DNA of 64,000 nucleotides from an uncultured Bacteroidota bacterium (GCA_937950125.1 CALFEP010000082.1:39446-103445); one strand, 5' to 3'; positions 1-10,077 are shown, numbered from the stretch's first letter. Translations and numbers: made by a program. Notes: generated from the letters alone by a model not told the origin.

Positions 1-762
1 GCGTTTATCAATTCCCTGGTTTTAGGAACATTGCTTATCATTAATGAAAATTTGTATTTCAGCGTACTTGCTTTTGGCTTTGCAGGAGCCTTGTTAGGCT
101 TTTTACGGTTCAACTTCAATCCTGCAAAAATATTTATGGGCGATACCGGGTCGTTGGTTATCGGTTTTATGATGGCAACGCTTGGCATTGCTGTAATTTT
201 ATCGTCAGACATGACGCCAGATGGCAACCTTGCCGGGATGACGATAATCGTTTTCGGCACAATGCTGGTTCCTGTTTATGATACATTAAGGGTTTTTCTT
301 ACCAGAATTCTAAGCGGGAATTCGCCTTTCAAAGCTGATAAAACACATGTTCATCATATTCTTATCGAAATTGAAGAAGAATCGAAAACCCTCAAAAATA
401 AGGATGGTTCAAAAAAAGCAAAAGAAAAAAAGACTTTTACGGACTGGATTAAAATAAATCTCTGGAACTCCAACCACAAAAAAGCTGCAATTTCCCTTTA
501 CATTGCCGATATAATAATAATAGGTGTAGCCATTGTTCTGTACCAGTTTTTTCTGCCATTGTTTAATACAGAATCAAACAAATTATTGGGGCCAAACTTT
601 TCCATTCTATTTTTGGTCATGCTTCTATTGTTACTGATGTCGAACAATTTATTTGGAAAAGGTTTGTCAATCTTTAAAAAAGAAAAAGAAAAAGCAGAAA
701 AGGAATCAGTTAAACTGATTGAAGAAAATAGATTTTTAGACAGGTCGGATGATGAAATGTAA
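1..762 (+). CDS. MraY/WecA-family (GT4) polyprenyl-phosphate HexNAc-1-phosphate transferase; 5' end outside window; unusual C-terminal extension
   Basis: Frame 1 is open from nt 1 ([17 protein letters not shown]...), so the track Met at 31 is internal. '[20 protein letters not shown]' and '[11 protein letters not shown]' match the conserved cytoplasmic-loop motifs of WecA/MraY transferases. These are followed by a Lys-rich linker, further hydrophobic helices and a KE-rich tail. Confidence 0.8.
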   Translation, partial: AFINSLVLGTLLIINENLYFSVLAFGFAGALLGFLRFNFNPAKIFMGDTGSLVIGFMMATLGIAVILSSDMTPDGNLAGMTIIVFGTMLVPVYDTLRVFLTRILSGNSPFKADKTHVHHILIEIEEESKTLKNKDGSKKAKEKKTFTDWIKINLWNSNHKKAAISLYIADIIIIGVAIVLYQFFLPLFNTESNKLLGPNFSILFLVMLLLLLMSNNLFGKGLSIFKKEKEKAEKESVKLIEENRFLDRSDDEM

Positions 763-790
763 GTTTTTTAAAACATAAATAATCACAGAT

Positions 791-1345
791 ATGAGTAAAA
801 CAGAAGACATTAAGACATTTTTTATTGTTGAGGATAATAAGTTATTTGCAAAAACTGTGGTAAAGGGTCTTGAAAAAGAGTTTCCCAATTCTGTGGTAAA
901 ATCTTTCAATACCGGCGAGGAATTGTTGGCATATCTGGAAAACAATCCAAATGAATTACCAACAATCTACATTCTTGATTATTACCTTAACAGCGAGGTG
1001 CCTGATGCCATGGACGGAGGCGAGTTATTGGCAAAACTCAGGAAAAAGTATTCGGGACGAATTAATGAAATGCGTGTTATCATGCTTACTTCGAGCACCG
1101 AGATAAAACAAGCAGTCGAGTTACTGCAAAAAGGAGCATCGCATTACATCGTAAAGGACGAAGTCTTTTTTGATACATTAAAGCCAACAATCAGACAAAT
1201 TCTGGATTATCAGGCCATTATAAAGCAAAAGTTAAATTACGAAAAGAAAGCCGGGTTTTACAAAAAACAGCTCATTTATGCTGGGGTAGTTGGCGGAATA
1301 ATTGTGGTTACAGCGCTGATCATCTGGCTGTTATCAATGAAATAG
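791..1345 (+). CDS. Stand-alone response-regulator receiver domain with C-terminal transmembrane anchor
   Basis: ATG start. The receiver signature residues are present: acidic pair in 'FIVEDN', phospho-acceptor Asp in 'IYILDYYL', 'IMLTSS', and Lys in 'HYIVKDE'. No output domain. The C-terminal hydrophobic helix is 'LIYAGVVGGIIVVTALIIWLL'. Confidence 0.8.
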   Translation: MSKTEDIKTFFIVEDNKLFAKTVVKGLEKEFPNSVVKSFNTGEELLAYLENNPNELPTIYILDYYLNSEVPDAMDGGELLAKLRKKYSGRINEMRVIMLTSSTEIKQAVELLQKGASHYIVKDEVFFDTLKPTIRQILDYQAIIKQKLNYEKKAGFYKKQLIYAGVVGGIIVVTALIIWLLSMK

Positions 1346-1366
1346 GCATTTGTGGTTTTCACATAA

Positions 1367-1400
1367 TAAAAAAGCAGGCCTGTACAGACCTGCTTTTTTC
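1367..1400. terminator. Bidirectional intrinsic terminator shared by the convergent receiver gene and rplT
   Basis: 'aaaaaaGCAGGcCTGTACAGaCCTGCtttttt': a GC-containing stem flanked by an A-run on one side and a T-run on the other. It lies between the stop at 1345 (+) and the stop at 1420 (-). Confidence 0.7.
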
Positions 1401-1419
1401 TTTTGAAAAAGACCATAGG

Positions 1420-1767
1420 TTAATCTTTCACTGACTCTACCACAGCTTTGAACGCTTCTGGATGGTTCATGGCCAGATCGGCCAGAACTTTGCGGTTGAG
1501 TTGGATGTCGTGCTTGTGAAGTTTGCCAATGAATGCCGAATACGACAATCCAAACGGCCTTACTCCTGCGTTGATACGCTGAATCCAGAGTCCTCTGAAA
1601 TTTCTTTTCTTGGTACGTCTGTCGCGGTAGGCGTAAATGCCACCCTTTTCGTACGCGTTTTTGGCTACGGTCCAAACATTTTTTCTTTCCCCGAATTGAC
1701 CTTTAACCCTTTTCAGGATTTTTTTTCTCCGGGCTCTCGATGCTACTGCATTTACTGATCTTGGCAT
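1420..1767 (-). CDS. rplT: 50S ribosomal protein L20
   Basis: Full-length match to the L20 pattern ([19 protein letters not shown]...GYRGRR-like '[22 protein letters not shown]'). ATG start. Downstream of rpmI, as in the canonical operon. Confidence 0.95.
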   Translation of the reverse strand: MPRSVNAVASRARRKKILKRVKGQFGERKNVWTVAKNAYEKGGIYAYRDRRTKKRNFRGLWIQRINAGVRPFGLSYSAFIGKLHKHDIQLNRKVLADLAMNHPEAFKAVVESVKD

Positions 1768-1846
1768 GTTACTTTGATTTTTTTACGTTAGCGCCCCGCA
1801 AAACCGGGATCTTTTCTGCTAATCGCAAGTTAAACAATTTGATTAA

Positions 1847-2041
1847 TTACTGAAGAATCATGTCTCTGACGTTTTTTACATCGGCTTTATCAACCAAAGT
1901 AAAGTAACCGAGGTTACGTTTACGTTTTGTCGATTTCTTTGTAAGAATGTGGCGCTTGTAGGCATGTCTTCTTTTAATTTTGCCTGTGCCGGTTAATGTA
2001 AACCTTTTCTTTGCACTGGCTTTCGTCTTCATCTTCGGCAT
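1847..2041 (-). CDS. rpmI: 50S ribosomal protein L35
   Basis: 64 aa basic protein, '[14 protein letters not shown]...[17 protein letters not shown]', in the canonical infC-rpmI-rplT position. Confidence 0.95.
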   Translation of the reverse strand: MPKMKTKASAKKRFTLTGTGKIKRRHAYKRHILTKKSTKRKRNLGYFTLVDKADVKNVRDMILQ

Positions 2042-2082
2042 TACTAAAAAGTATTAAATGATTAATTATTGAATAAGAATCA

Positions 2083-2646
2083 CTATTTTTTTGGTGAAAC
2101 AATCATGATCATACGTTTTCCTTCCAACTTGGGAAGACTCTCAACTTTACCAACTTCCTCCAATTCCTGGGCAAATTTGAGTAATATTATTTCTCCCTGA
2201 TCCTTGTAAATAATGGAGCGCCCTTTAAAGAACACGTCCACTTTTACTTTTGCCCCTTCCTGCAGAAACTTTTTTGCATGATTCAGTTTAAAATTGAAAT
2301 CATGATCGTCGGTATTAGGCCCCAACCTGATCTCTTTTACGATGACCTTGGCTGTTTTGGCCTTCATCTCCTTTTGTTTCTTTTTTTGCTCGTAAAGAAA
2401 TTTTTTATAGTCAATCACCCTGCAAACAGGCGGGCTGGCGGAGGGCGAAATCTCAACCAGATCGAGACCCAAATTTTCGGAAATCTCTATCGCCTCTTTG
2501 ATGTTGTAAATTCCCTGTTCAATATTCTCACCCACAACACGTACTACAGGTGATTTTATCTCGTGGTTAATTTTGTGCGGATTTTCGGTAACTTTACGTA
2601 CAGGTCGTTTTGTGATAATCCGCTTGTTAAATGGTGTTGCTATAAT
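2083..2646 (-). CDS. infC: Translation initiation factor IF-3, probably with an AUU start codon
   Basis: The track ORF (GTG at 2535) lacks the conserved IF-3 N-terminus. The frame stays open upstream through '...KINHEIKSPVVRVVGENIEQ' back to an ATT at 2644-2646, which is directly preceded by an in-frame TGA. AUU initiation is the known autoregulatory feature of infC. The length (564 nt) is divisible by 3. Confidence 0.85.
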   Translation of the reverse strand: MIATPFNKRIITKRPVRKVTENPHKINHEIKSPVVRVVGENIEQGIYNIKEAIEISENLGLDLVEISPSASPPVCRVIDYKKFLYEQKKKQKEMKAKTAKVIVKEIRLGPNTDDHDFNFKLNHAKKFLQEGAKVKVDVFFKGRSIIYKDQGEIILLKFAQELEEVGKVESLPKLEGKRMIMIVSPKK

Positions 2647-2691
2647 TCAATCTCCTATCTTTTGTTAATAATAAATTTACCTGATATTATC

Positions 2692-4632
2692 TTAATCTTC
2701 AATCATCTTCTTTACTTCATCATTCACCAGATTGGCGAAATCCTGAATTGTAAAAGTTCCCAAATCGCCTTCACCTTGCTTCCTGACCGATACTGCATTT
2801 TCCTGTTCTTCACGTTCGCCAACAATGAGCATAAAGGGAATGCGTTTCATTTCAGCATCACGGATTTTTTTTCCTGTTTTTTCGCTTCTGAGGTCAATAT
2901 CAGCGCGGACATCGAAAGTGCGCAGCAAAGATAAAACTTTTCCGGCATAGTCGTGATATTTTTCACTGATTGGCAATATGATAGCCTGCTCTGGGGCAAG
3001 CCAAAGCGGGAATTTGCCTGCGCAGTGCTCTATCAAAACAGCCACAAACCGCTCCATGGAGCCAAAGGGAGCTCGATGAATCATCACCGGACGGTGTTTT
3101 TCGTTGTCGCTGCCAATGTATTCAAGTTCAAAACGATCGGGCAAATTGTAGTCAACCTGAATGGTGCCCAATTGCCATTTTCTGCCCAAAGCATCCCTTA
3201 CCATGAAATCCATTTTTGGCCCGTAGAATGCGGCTTCGCCGTGAGCAATAACCGTTTCAAGGCCAGTTTCTTCGGCAACTTCAAGAATGGCTTTTTCTGC
3301 TTTTTCCCAATTTTCGTCGCTGCCGATGTATTTTTCACGGTTGTTCAAATCGCGCAACGAAATTTGTGTAATAAAATCATTGAAATTTAACGCCTTGAAT
3401 ATCTTCATCACAATTTTCATCACCCCTTTAAACTCATCCTTCACCTGGTCGGGTGTACAAAATATGTGCGCATCGTCCTGTGTAAATCCTCTCACCCTGG
3501 TCAGCCCATGCAATTCGCCGCTTTGTTCGTAGCGATAAACGGTACCAAATTCGGCCAGCCGTAGTGGAAGTTCTTTGTATGAATGTGGTTTTGCGTTGTA
3601 AATTTCGCAGTGATGCGGACAATTCATAGGTTTCAGGAAAAAGCTTTCGCCCTCCACCGGTGTTGAAATTGGCCTGAACGATTCAGCCCCATATTTCTGA
3701 AAGTGCCCTGATGTTTTGTAAAGTTCAACATTTCCGATGTGGGGTGTAATCACCTGCAGGTAACCGGCCTCCTTTTGAACTTTCTTCAGAAAGCGCTCAA
3801 GTCTTTCCCTTAATTCAGCACCTTTTGGCAGCCACAGTGGTAATCCCGACCCCACTTTTTGTGAAAAGGTAAAAATTTCAAGCTCTTTTCCAAGGCGGCG
3901 GTGATCCCGTTTTTTTGCTTCTTCAAGCATAATCAGGTAATCCTCAAGGTCTTTTGCCTTTGGAAAAGTTATTCCGTAAATACGTGTAAGTTGTTTGCGT
4001 TTTTCGTCACCACGCCAATAGGCGCCGGCTATACTTGTCAATTTCAAGGCTTTTATAAATCCTGTATCGGACAAATGAGGGCCGCGGCATAAATCAACAA
4101 AATTGCCTGACTCATAAAAGGTTATCTGACCATCTTCGAGTTCGCTGATCAATTCAAGTTTGTATTCGTCACCTTTTTTTGTAAAATAATCGATGGCCTC
4201 GGCTTTTGAAACCTGACGACGAATAAATTTTTGCTTTTGTTTGGCCAGATCTTTCATTCTGGCTTCTATTTTTTCAAGATCATCTTCGGTGATCACTTTT
4301 TCGCCTGTATCGATGTCGTAGTAAAAACCATTTTCAATATCCGGGCCTATTCCAAATTTCGCACCCGGGAAGAGTGCTTCAACAGCCTCGGCCATAAGGT
4401 GGGCCGAAGAATGCCACATGGTGGCTTTGCCTTCGGCATTATCCCATGTCAACAGCTGAACCTGGGCATCGGTGTGTATTGGTCTTGTTGCATCCCACAC
4501 CTCATTGTTAACTTTTGCCGATAAAACATTGCGTGCCAAACCCTCGCTGATGCTTTTGGCGATATCAAGACCTGTCACGCCTTGTTCAAACTGTTTGACA
4601 CTATTATCAGGTAATGTTATATTTATCATCAT
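2692..4632 (-). CDS. thrS: Threonine--tRNA ligase
   Basis: 646 aa. TGS-like N-terminus ([15 protein letters not shown]), editing-domain 'HSSAHLMA' motif, class II core ('[13 protein letters not shown]', '[10 protein letters not shown]') and anticodon-binding C-terminus. Immediately upstream of infC. Confidence 0.97.
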   Translation of the reverse strand: MMINITLPDNSVKQFEQGVTGLDIAKSISEGLARNVLSAKVNNEVWDATRPIHTDAQVQLLTWDNAEGKATMWHSSAHLMAEAVEALFPGAKFGIGPDIENGFYYDIDTGEKVITEDDLEKIEARMKDLAKQKQKFIRRQVSKAEAIDYFTKKGDEYKLELISELEDGQITFYESGNFVDLCRGPHLSDTGFIKALKLTSIAGAYWRGDEKRKQLTRIYGITFPKAKDLEDYLIMLEEAKKRDHRRLGKELEIFTFSQKVGSGLPLWLPKGAELRERLERFLKKVQKEAGYLQVITPHIGNVELYKTSGHFQKYGAESFRPISTPVEGESFFLKPMNCPHHCEIYNAKPHSYKELPLRLAEFGTVYRYEQSGELHGLTRVRGFTQDDAHIFCTPDQVKDEFKGVMKIVMKIFKALNFNDFITQISLRDLNNREKYIGSDENWEKAEKAILEVAEETGLETVIAHGEAAFYGPKMDFMVRDALGRKWQLGTIQVDYNLPDRFELEYIGSDNEKHRPVMIHRAPFGSMERFVAVLIEHCAGKFPLWLAPEQAIILPISEKYHDYAGKVLSLLRTFDVRADIDLRSEKTGKKIRDAEMKRIPFMLIVGEREEQENAVSVRKQGEGDLGTFTIQDFANLVNDEVKKMIED

Positions 4633-4664
4633 TTTGACTTGTCTGTTTTCAAAAAAATTGGGCG

Positions 4665-4672
4665 CAAAAGTA
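4665..4672 (-). promoter_or_regulatory. Candidate Bacteroidota -7 box (TACTTTTG) for the thrS-infC-rpmI-rplT operon
   Basis: The reverse complement of 4665-4672 is TACTTTTG, which fits TAnnTTTG. It lies 32 nt upstream of the thrS ATG. No exact -33 TTTG was seen. Confidence 0.35.
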
Positions 4673-4800
4673 ATAATATTAAATGATTAGAGATGTTTTC
4701 ACTTCCTTAAAAATTAAAAAATTAACATGAATTCACAGGTAAACAGTTGCTTTTTGACTGATTTAAGATGTCAATCGCGGTTTGTGGCAAAAAATACACC

Positions 4801-6801
4801 CTATTTCTTTTTTGTTTCCAGGATTTTGATTTCCGTCCGGCGGTTTTTCGACCGGCCTTCGGCGGTGTCGTTTGGGGAAACTGGCTTTAAAAATCCATAC
4901 CCTTTGAAAACCAACCCCGAAGGTTGTACACCATTTTCAATCAAAAAATCATAAACAGCCTTTGCCCTGTTTTCCGAGAGCGTCTGATTGTATTCTTCTG
5001 AACCAACATTATCGGTGTGCCCGCTAATTTCGATTTTCAATCCGGGATTCTGTCGGATTAAATTCAGGAGGTAATTCAGTTCGACCCTCGATTCCTCCTT
5101 GAGAAAATATTGGTCGTTGTCGAAAAAAACATTGCGTAAAACCATAATTTCACCGGCAACAACCGGCTTGAGCGCAATGTTGAGCCTAAATGGCAACAAG
5201 GCTGCCGAATTAGCGACAAGGGCAAAGTTTTCGGAATGAAACAGGTAATTTTCCTTTGAAACGCTTAAAGCATAATTCCGGTTGGCCGGGATACATACAA
5301 GAAATTCGCCGGTGATTTTGTCGGAAAACGACCGAACAACTTCTTTCCCACTTTGAAGGTCGGTTAACGAAAAATAGGCTTCGAGAGGTTTTTGTGTTTT
5401 TGCATCAAAAACAAATCCATTAACATAAGTCGAAGGATTAGGCCGGGCATACGGTGGCAAATCGAACTCAAAAATATCGAATCCGCCTTTGCCTTCGTAT
5501 TTGTCTGCCGAAATGTAGGCTTTGTCGCCTGTGGCATTCACTATGATGTTGATTTCATCCCCGGATGTATTAACAGGAAATCCGAGATTTACGGGCATAC
5601 TCCAAACACCGCTCGAATCTTTCCGCGAGAAATACAAATCCATTCCTCCCATGCCGATGTGATTATCGGAAGAAAAATAGAGTGTTTGTCCGTCGGGGTG
5701 AATAAATGGAGCCATTTCCGAGCCTTCGGTATTGATGTTTTCGCCCAGGTTTTGCGGATTTGTCCACTCGCCGTTATCCTGCAAATAGCTGAAATACAAA
5801 TCAGAATTCCCAAAACCTGAAAGCCTGATAGCTGAAAAATAGAGTGTGCGCCCGTCGGTTGAGAGTGAAGGCTGTGATTCCCATTTTGGCGAGTTGATTA
5901 CCCGACCAAGGTTCACCGGATTCTCGATGACCTCGCCCGAAATTCTGGAAATGTAAATATCGCAACTACCATAACCATCAGGCCAGTGACAGCCTGCAAA
6001 GAGTAAGTAGCGCCCATCGGGAGTTATGGTAAGAGCGCCTTCATCGCCGGATGTATTAACAGGAGAACCAATTTTTTGTGATTTTCGCCATGGTGCGGCA
6101 ACCTCGCTCCGCTTCGAAAGATAAAAATCATCACCGCCATTATTTTGAAGTGCTGATTTTCCGCGACCTGTAAAAAAAATTACCAACCCATCAGCCCTGA
6201 GGGCATTTATGTATTCGTCACCGGGCGTATTGATGCTGTCGCCAACATTAACCGGCTCGAAAGGCACAGGATTATTCATGGCATTGAGCGCAAACCGGCT
6301 GCAACTTATCAAATAGATGGCACGCTTCTCCCTTTGAGCGCTTCCGGTTGATTTTGAAATAAAAATGTCGAGGTATTGAATCGTTTTCAGGTAGTTTTGG
6401 AGCTGGTAAAAAGCATAGCCGGCAAAATAAAAAACCTCAGGGTATTTTTCGGGATTGATGGCCATGACTTTTTCGTAAGTTGCTGTTGCTTTTTCAAATT
6501 TTTCCCAGGCCGTGTAAACATCGCCCAACAGCATGGAAGCTTCGAGGAATTCAGGATCAACATCAAGCGCTTTCAGGAGGTTTTCCTCTGCCAAGGCGTA
6601 ATTGAGTAAGTTATTCTGCCTGGAACCTTCTTTAAAAAATTTGATTGCACGGCCTGATTTGGTGGAATATTGCTGGGCTGATAATGATTGTACCCCAACT
6701 AATAAACAACACATCGTCAAACAAAATGCAAAAGTTTTCGCATTGATAATTAGAAAGTTTAAAAGTACCCTTAATCGATTTGCAAACCCGGACGTGGTCA
6801 T
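4801..6801 (-). CDS. OmpA-family envelope protein with N-terminal TPR-like region and TolB-like (PD40) repeats
   Basis: C-terminal OmpA peptidoglycan-binding signature 'ISGHTDNVGSEEYNQTLSENRAKAV...SKNRRTEIKI'. Repeated '...SP.WESQPSLSTDGRTLYFSS/...EMAPFIHPDGQTLYFSS' PD40-type segments. Hydrophobic signal-like N-terminus. Confidence 0.85.
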   Translation of the reverse strand: MTTSGFANRLRVLLNFLIINAKTFAFCLTMCCLLVGVQSLSAQQYSTKSGRAIKFFKEGSRQNNLLNYALAEENLLKALDVDPEFLEASMLLGDVYTAWEKFEKATATYEKVMAINPEKYPEVFYFAGYAFYQLQNYLKTIQYLDIFISKSTGSAQREKRAIYLISCSRFALNAMNNPVPFEPVNVGDSINTPGDEYINALRADGLVIFFTGRGKSALQNNGGDDFYLSKRSEVAAPWRKSQKIGSPVNTSGDEGALTITPDGRYLLFAGCHWPDGYGSCDIYISRISGEVIENPVNLGRVINSPKWESQPSLSTDGRTLYFSAIRLSGFGNSDLYFSYLQDNGEWTNPQNLGENINTEGSEMAPFIHPDGQTLYFSSDNHIGMGGMDLYFSRKDSSGVWSMPVNLGFPVNTSGDEINIIVNATGDKAYISADKYEGKGGFDIFEFDLPPYARPNPSTYVNGFVFDAKTQKPLEAYFSLTDLQSGKEVVRSFSDKITGEFLVCIPANRNYALSVSKENYLFHSENFALVANSAALLPFRLNIALKPVVAGEIMVLRNVFFDNDQYFLKEESRVELNYLLNLIRQNPGLKIEISGHTDNVGSEEYNQTLSENRAKAVYDFLIENGVQPSGLVFKGYGFLKPVSPNDTAEGRSKNRRTEIKILETKKK

Positions 6802-6851
6802 AAGTTGCTTATGAGTATTGAGGATTTTTAACCTTTGGTGCAGGTTTTTGA

Positions 6852-7502
6852 TTACGGAATATTCATGAATTTATGCGATTGCAGGGATATTTTCCATCGG
6901 GGATGCTGCATCACATATTCAATAATGGCCGGCGTCATAAAACGTGCCCGGCTCCATTCGGGCTGAAGGTAGAGTTTGCATTTCGGGTTCACTTTGTCGG
7001 CATATTTCTCGGCCCAGGCAAGGTCGCTGTCATTAAAAATTATGACCTTCAGCTCATCGGCAATCTCCAGGATAGCTGGTAAAGGAGCGTTGTTTTTTTT
7101 GGGAGAAAGGCAAATCCAGTCCCAGACTCCTGTCAATGGATAAGCCCCTGATGTTTCGAGATAGGTTTTAATGTTGTGTTTTTTAAGTTCACTGCACAGG
7201 AAATTAAGGTTATAAAGAGTAGGTTCGCCACCCGTTACCACAACTGCTTTGGAGGGATGAACAACAGCGTGATCTACGATCAGGTTGGTATCGGTTAAGG
7301 GGTGTATGTCAGGATTCCATGATTCTTTGACATCGCACCAGCGGCAACCCACATCGCAGCCTCCAACCCTGATGAACCATGCGGCCTCACCTGTATTGAA
7401 GCCCTCACCCTGAATGGTGTAAAATTCTTCCATCAGGGGAAGAAGTCTGCCCTGGTCCAGGAGCAGGTTTTGCGCTGAGTTTGTTGTTTTTGGCTTTAAC
7501 AA
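6852..7502 (-). CDS. queE: 7-carboxy-7-deazaguanine synthase (radical SAM)
   Basis: 'LPLMEEFYTIQGEGFNTG' followed by the radical-SAM cluster motif 'CDVGCRWCDV'. Size of about 216 aa fits. The track start is a TTG; the exact start is uncertain. Confidence 0.85.
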   Translation of the reverse strand: MLKPKTTNSAQNLLLDQGRLLPLMEEFYTIQGEGFNTGEAAWFIRVGGCDVGCRWCDVKESWNPDIHPLTDTNLIVDHAVVHPSKAVVVTGGEPTLYNLNFLCSELKKHNIKTYLETSGAYPLTGVWDWICLSPKKNNAPLPAILEIADELKVIIFNDSDLAWAEKYADKVNPKCKLYLQPEWSRARFMTPAIIEYVMQHPRWKISLQSHKFMNIP

Positions 7503-7563
7503 TTTCCAATAATTGTAAGTAAAAAGGAGAAAATTCAGGTGGACAACGCGGATTCGATATCAA

Positions 7564-8442
7564 CTATTTCACCAGGCTTTTGTAGGCTCTCAGGGTATTC
7601 AGCAAGAGCCCGACACGGGTCATTGGCCCAACACCTCCCGGAACAGGCGTAATGTAGCTGCATTTGGGTGCAACTTCATCAAATTTAACATCTCCAATCA
7701 ATTGAAAACCTGTTTTTGATGAGGAGGATGAAACCCGGTGAATACCAACATCAATCACAACGGCATTTTCTTTCACCATATCGGCTGTAACAAACTGAGG
7801 GCTGCCAATGGCGGCAATAAGAATGTCGGCTGTCCTTGTGTAATCAGCAATATTTGAAGTTTTGGAATGGCACAGTGTGACCGTGCAATTGCCAGGATTA
7901 CTTTTCCGCGAAAGCATAATACTTACAGGAGTTCCAACAATACTGCTCCGGCCAAGCACAACACAATGCTTACCCGAGGTTTCGATGTTGTATCTTTTCA
8001 GCAATTCGATAATCCCGTAAGGCGTTGCTGGCAAATAGGCAGGCTGACCCAGCATCATTTTACCCAGATTTGTCGGATGAAAACCATCAACATCTTTTGC
8101 GGGATCGATACGCGAAATCACCTTATCAACATCGATGTGCCGCGGAAGTGGCAATTGAACAATGAATCCGTGAACTTCATCGTCATCGTTCAAAAAATCA
8201 ATCGTATCGAGTAAATCTTCTTCTGTGGTTTGATGATGCAATTTGTAAACTGATGATGTTATGCCAACTGATTTACAATCCTTTTCCTTATTGCTGACGT
8301 AGGTCATGCTGGCAGGATCTTCGCCAAGCACAACGGCAGCAAGATGTGGCGCCGGATTGTCCTTATCGATAATTGCTGCTACTTCGGACTTAATTTCTTC
8401 TTTAATGTTTTCAGCGATTAGCTTTCCATCTATCAGTTTCAT
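7564..8442 (-). CDS. folD: Bifunctional methylenetetrahydrofolate dehydrogenase/cyclohydrolase
   Basis: 292 aa. 'MKLIDGKLIAENIKEEI', 'HGFIVQLPLP', 'VVLGRSSIVGTPV' and 'ITPVPGGVGPMT' are the classical FolD blocks. Confidence 0.95.
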   Translation of the reverse strand: MKLIDGKLIAENIKEEIKSEVAAIIDKDNPAPHLAAVVLGEDPASMTYVSNKEKDCKSVGITSSVYKLHHQTTEEDLLDTIDFLNDDDEVHGFIVQLPLPRHIDVDKVISRIDPAKDVDGFHPTNLGKMMLGQPAYLPATPYGIIELLKRYNIETSGKHCVVLGRSSIVGTPVSIMLSRKSNPGNCTVTLCHSKTSNIADYTRTADILIAAIGSPQFVTADMVKENAVVIDVGIHRVSSSSSKTGFQLIGDVKFDEVAPKCSYITPVPGGVGPMTRVGLLLNTLRAYKSLVK

Positions 8443-8703
8443 AAAAGTCGGATTTTAATGGTTAATATTTCTACTGCGATGATAACACTTTTTTTGTTGA
8501 TAAAAATACATTGCAGTGCAAAACAAGAAAAAAAAGGAAAATTTTCTTTTGAGAATATTTCTCAGCTACCCTTAAAAGCTAATGATGAACCTGAATTGGC
8601 AACAGGTAAATCCTCTGCACGTTCAGTAGTTTCAGAATAAACCGGGATATTTTCTAAACAATCAGGTACTGGTCATGACCTGCGGCTGGTTTTAAACCCA
8701 GAA

Positions 8704-10044
8704 TCAATTCTGCATTCCTTTCATTTTCTGCATCAGGCGCATCATGTTTTTTCCGCCGCCTGTGGCCATCTGGTGCATCATTTTTCGGGTTTCTTCAAAT
8801 TGTTTCACCAGCCTGTTTACCTCGGTAACGCTGGTACCGCTTCCATCGGCTATTCGCTTGCGACGGTTTCCGTTAAGGATTCTGGGGTCTTCACGTTCCT
8901 TTGGCGTCATCGACAAAATAATGGCTTCAATTTCCTTGAAGGCATCATCATCGATGTCCATATTTTTGAGGGCTTTGGACATTCCCGGAATCATACTCAT
9001 CAATTCCTTGATGTTGCCCATTTTTTTAATCTGTTTAATCTGAGAAAGGAAGTCGTTGAAATTGAATTCATTTTTGGCAATTTTCCGCTGAAGTTTGCGT
9101 GCTTCTTCTTCGCTGAACTGTTCCTGCGCTTTTTCGACCAACGAAACGATGTCGCCCATTCCAAGAATACGGTCGGCCATACGTTTTGGGTAGAAAACAT
9201 CGAGGGCATCTATCTTCTCGCCAATACCCACAAATTTTATGGGTTTCTCGACCACCGAGCGGATTGTAAGGGCTGCTCCACCGCGGGTATCACCATCGAG
9301 TTTTGTAAGAACAACTCCATCGTAATCAAGGCGTTCGTGGAATGTGCGGGCGGTATTTACAGCATCCTGACCTGTCATGGCATCAACTACAAACAAGGTT
9401 TCGTGTGGGCTGATGGCTTTTTTCACATTGCTGATCTCGTCCATCATCTGCTCGTCGATTGCCAAACGGCCTGCAGTATCGACAATTACCACATTGTAGC
9501 TTTTCAGTTTGGCATAAGCGAGAGAATTCTTTGCAATGCCCACTGGGTCTTTACTACCTTCTTCGGTGTAAACCTCCACCCCAATCTGTTCGCCTAAAAC
9601 CTGAAGCTGGTTTATAGCAGCAGGACGATAAACGTCGCCGGCAACCAGCAGAGGATGTTTACCCTTTTTCCGTTTGAGATAATTGGCCAGTTTTGCTGAA
9701 AAAGTAGTTTTTCCGGAGCCCTGCAAACCAGCAATCAAAACAATGGCTGGGCTACCCTTAATATTGATTTCTTCGTGCTCGCCTCCCATCAGTTCGGTCA
9801 GATTGTCGTGAACAATCTTTACCATAAGCTGACCTGGTGAAACCGATGTTAAAACATTCTGTCCCAATGCCTTTTCCTTCACTTCATCGGTAAACGATTT
9901 GGCTATTTTGTAACTGACATCGGCGTCTAACAACGCTTTACGCACTTCTTTGAGGGTTTCGGCCACATTGATTTCGGTAATATGACCGTGACCTTTTAAT
10001 ATCTTGAACGACCGTTCTAATTTCTCGCTTAAACTTTCAAACAT
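8704..10044 (-). CDS. ffh: Signal recognition particle protein Ffh
   Basis: GTPase motifs 'GLQGSGKTT', 'DTAGR' and 'TKLDGD', plus a Met-rich M domain at the C-terminus. Confidence 0.97.
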   Translation of the reverse strand: MFESLSEKLERSFKILKGHGHITEINVAETLKEVRKALLDADVSYKIAKSFTDEVKEKALGQNVLTSVSPGQLMVKIVHDNLTELMGGEHEEINIKGSPAIVLIAGLQGSGKTTFSAKLANYLKRKKGKHPLLVAGDVYRPAAINQLQVLGEQIGVEVYTEEGSKDPVGIAKNSLAYAKLKSYNVVIVDTAGRLAIDEQMMDEISNVKKAISPHETLFVVDAMTGQDAVNTARTFHERLDYDGVVLTKLDGDTRGGAALTIRSVVEKPIKFVGIGEKIDALDVFYPKRMADRILGMGDIVSLVEKAQEQFSEEEARKLQRKIAKNEFNFNDFLSQIKQIKKMGNIKELMSMIPGMSKALKNMDIDDDAFKEIEAIILSMTPKEREDPRILNGNRRKRIADGSGTSVTEVNRLVKQFEETRKMMHQMATGGGKNMMRLMQKMKGMQN

Positions 10045-10069
10045 AATCAGTTAAGTTTTTTCAGGGCGG

Positions 10070-10077
10070 CAAAGATA
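10070..10077 (-). promoter_or_regulatory. Candidate -7 box (TATCTTTG) upstream of ffh
   Basis: The reverse complement of 10070-10077 is TATCTTTG (TAnnTTTG). It lies 25 nt upstream of the ffh ATG. Confidence 0.35.

Noticed and set aside
1334-1758. Track ORFs 1334..1675 (-) and 1462..1758 (+) overlapping rplT. The same issue applies to many other internal or antisense ORFs: 2278..2553, 2953..3390, 8773..9597, 10717..11133, 21301..21666, 23953..24483, 35117..35563, 35603..36043, 38580..38987, 39846..40235, 40451..41131, 41933..42385 and 55541..56011.
   Set aside because: Each lies wholly inside, and antisense or out of frame to, a gene with strong family-level support. Their translations are low-complexity or Cys/Arg/Phe-rich, with no recognisable motifs. 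They are typical shadow ORFs.
7503-7563. Possible preQ1 riboswitch upstream of queE and THF riboswitch upstream of folD (8443..8703).
   Set aside because: Reading the minus-strand leaders, I could not find the conserved preQ1-I core or a THF-like pseudoknot arrangement. The queE spacer is only about 60 nt, so queE is probably co-transcribed with folD.
8458-8640. 60-aa plus-strand ORF in the folD-ffh spacer.
   Set aside because: It lies in an AT-rich intergenic region and has an odd composition (KKGKFSF..., no motif). It runs opposite to all neighbouring genes. There is no support beyond being open.
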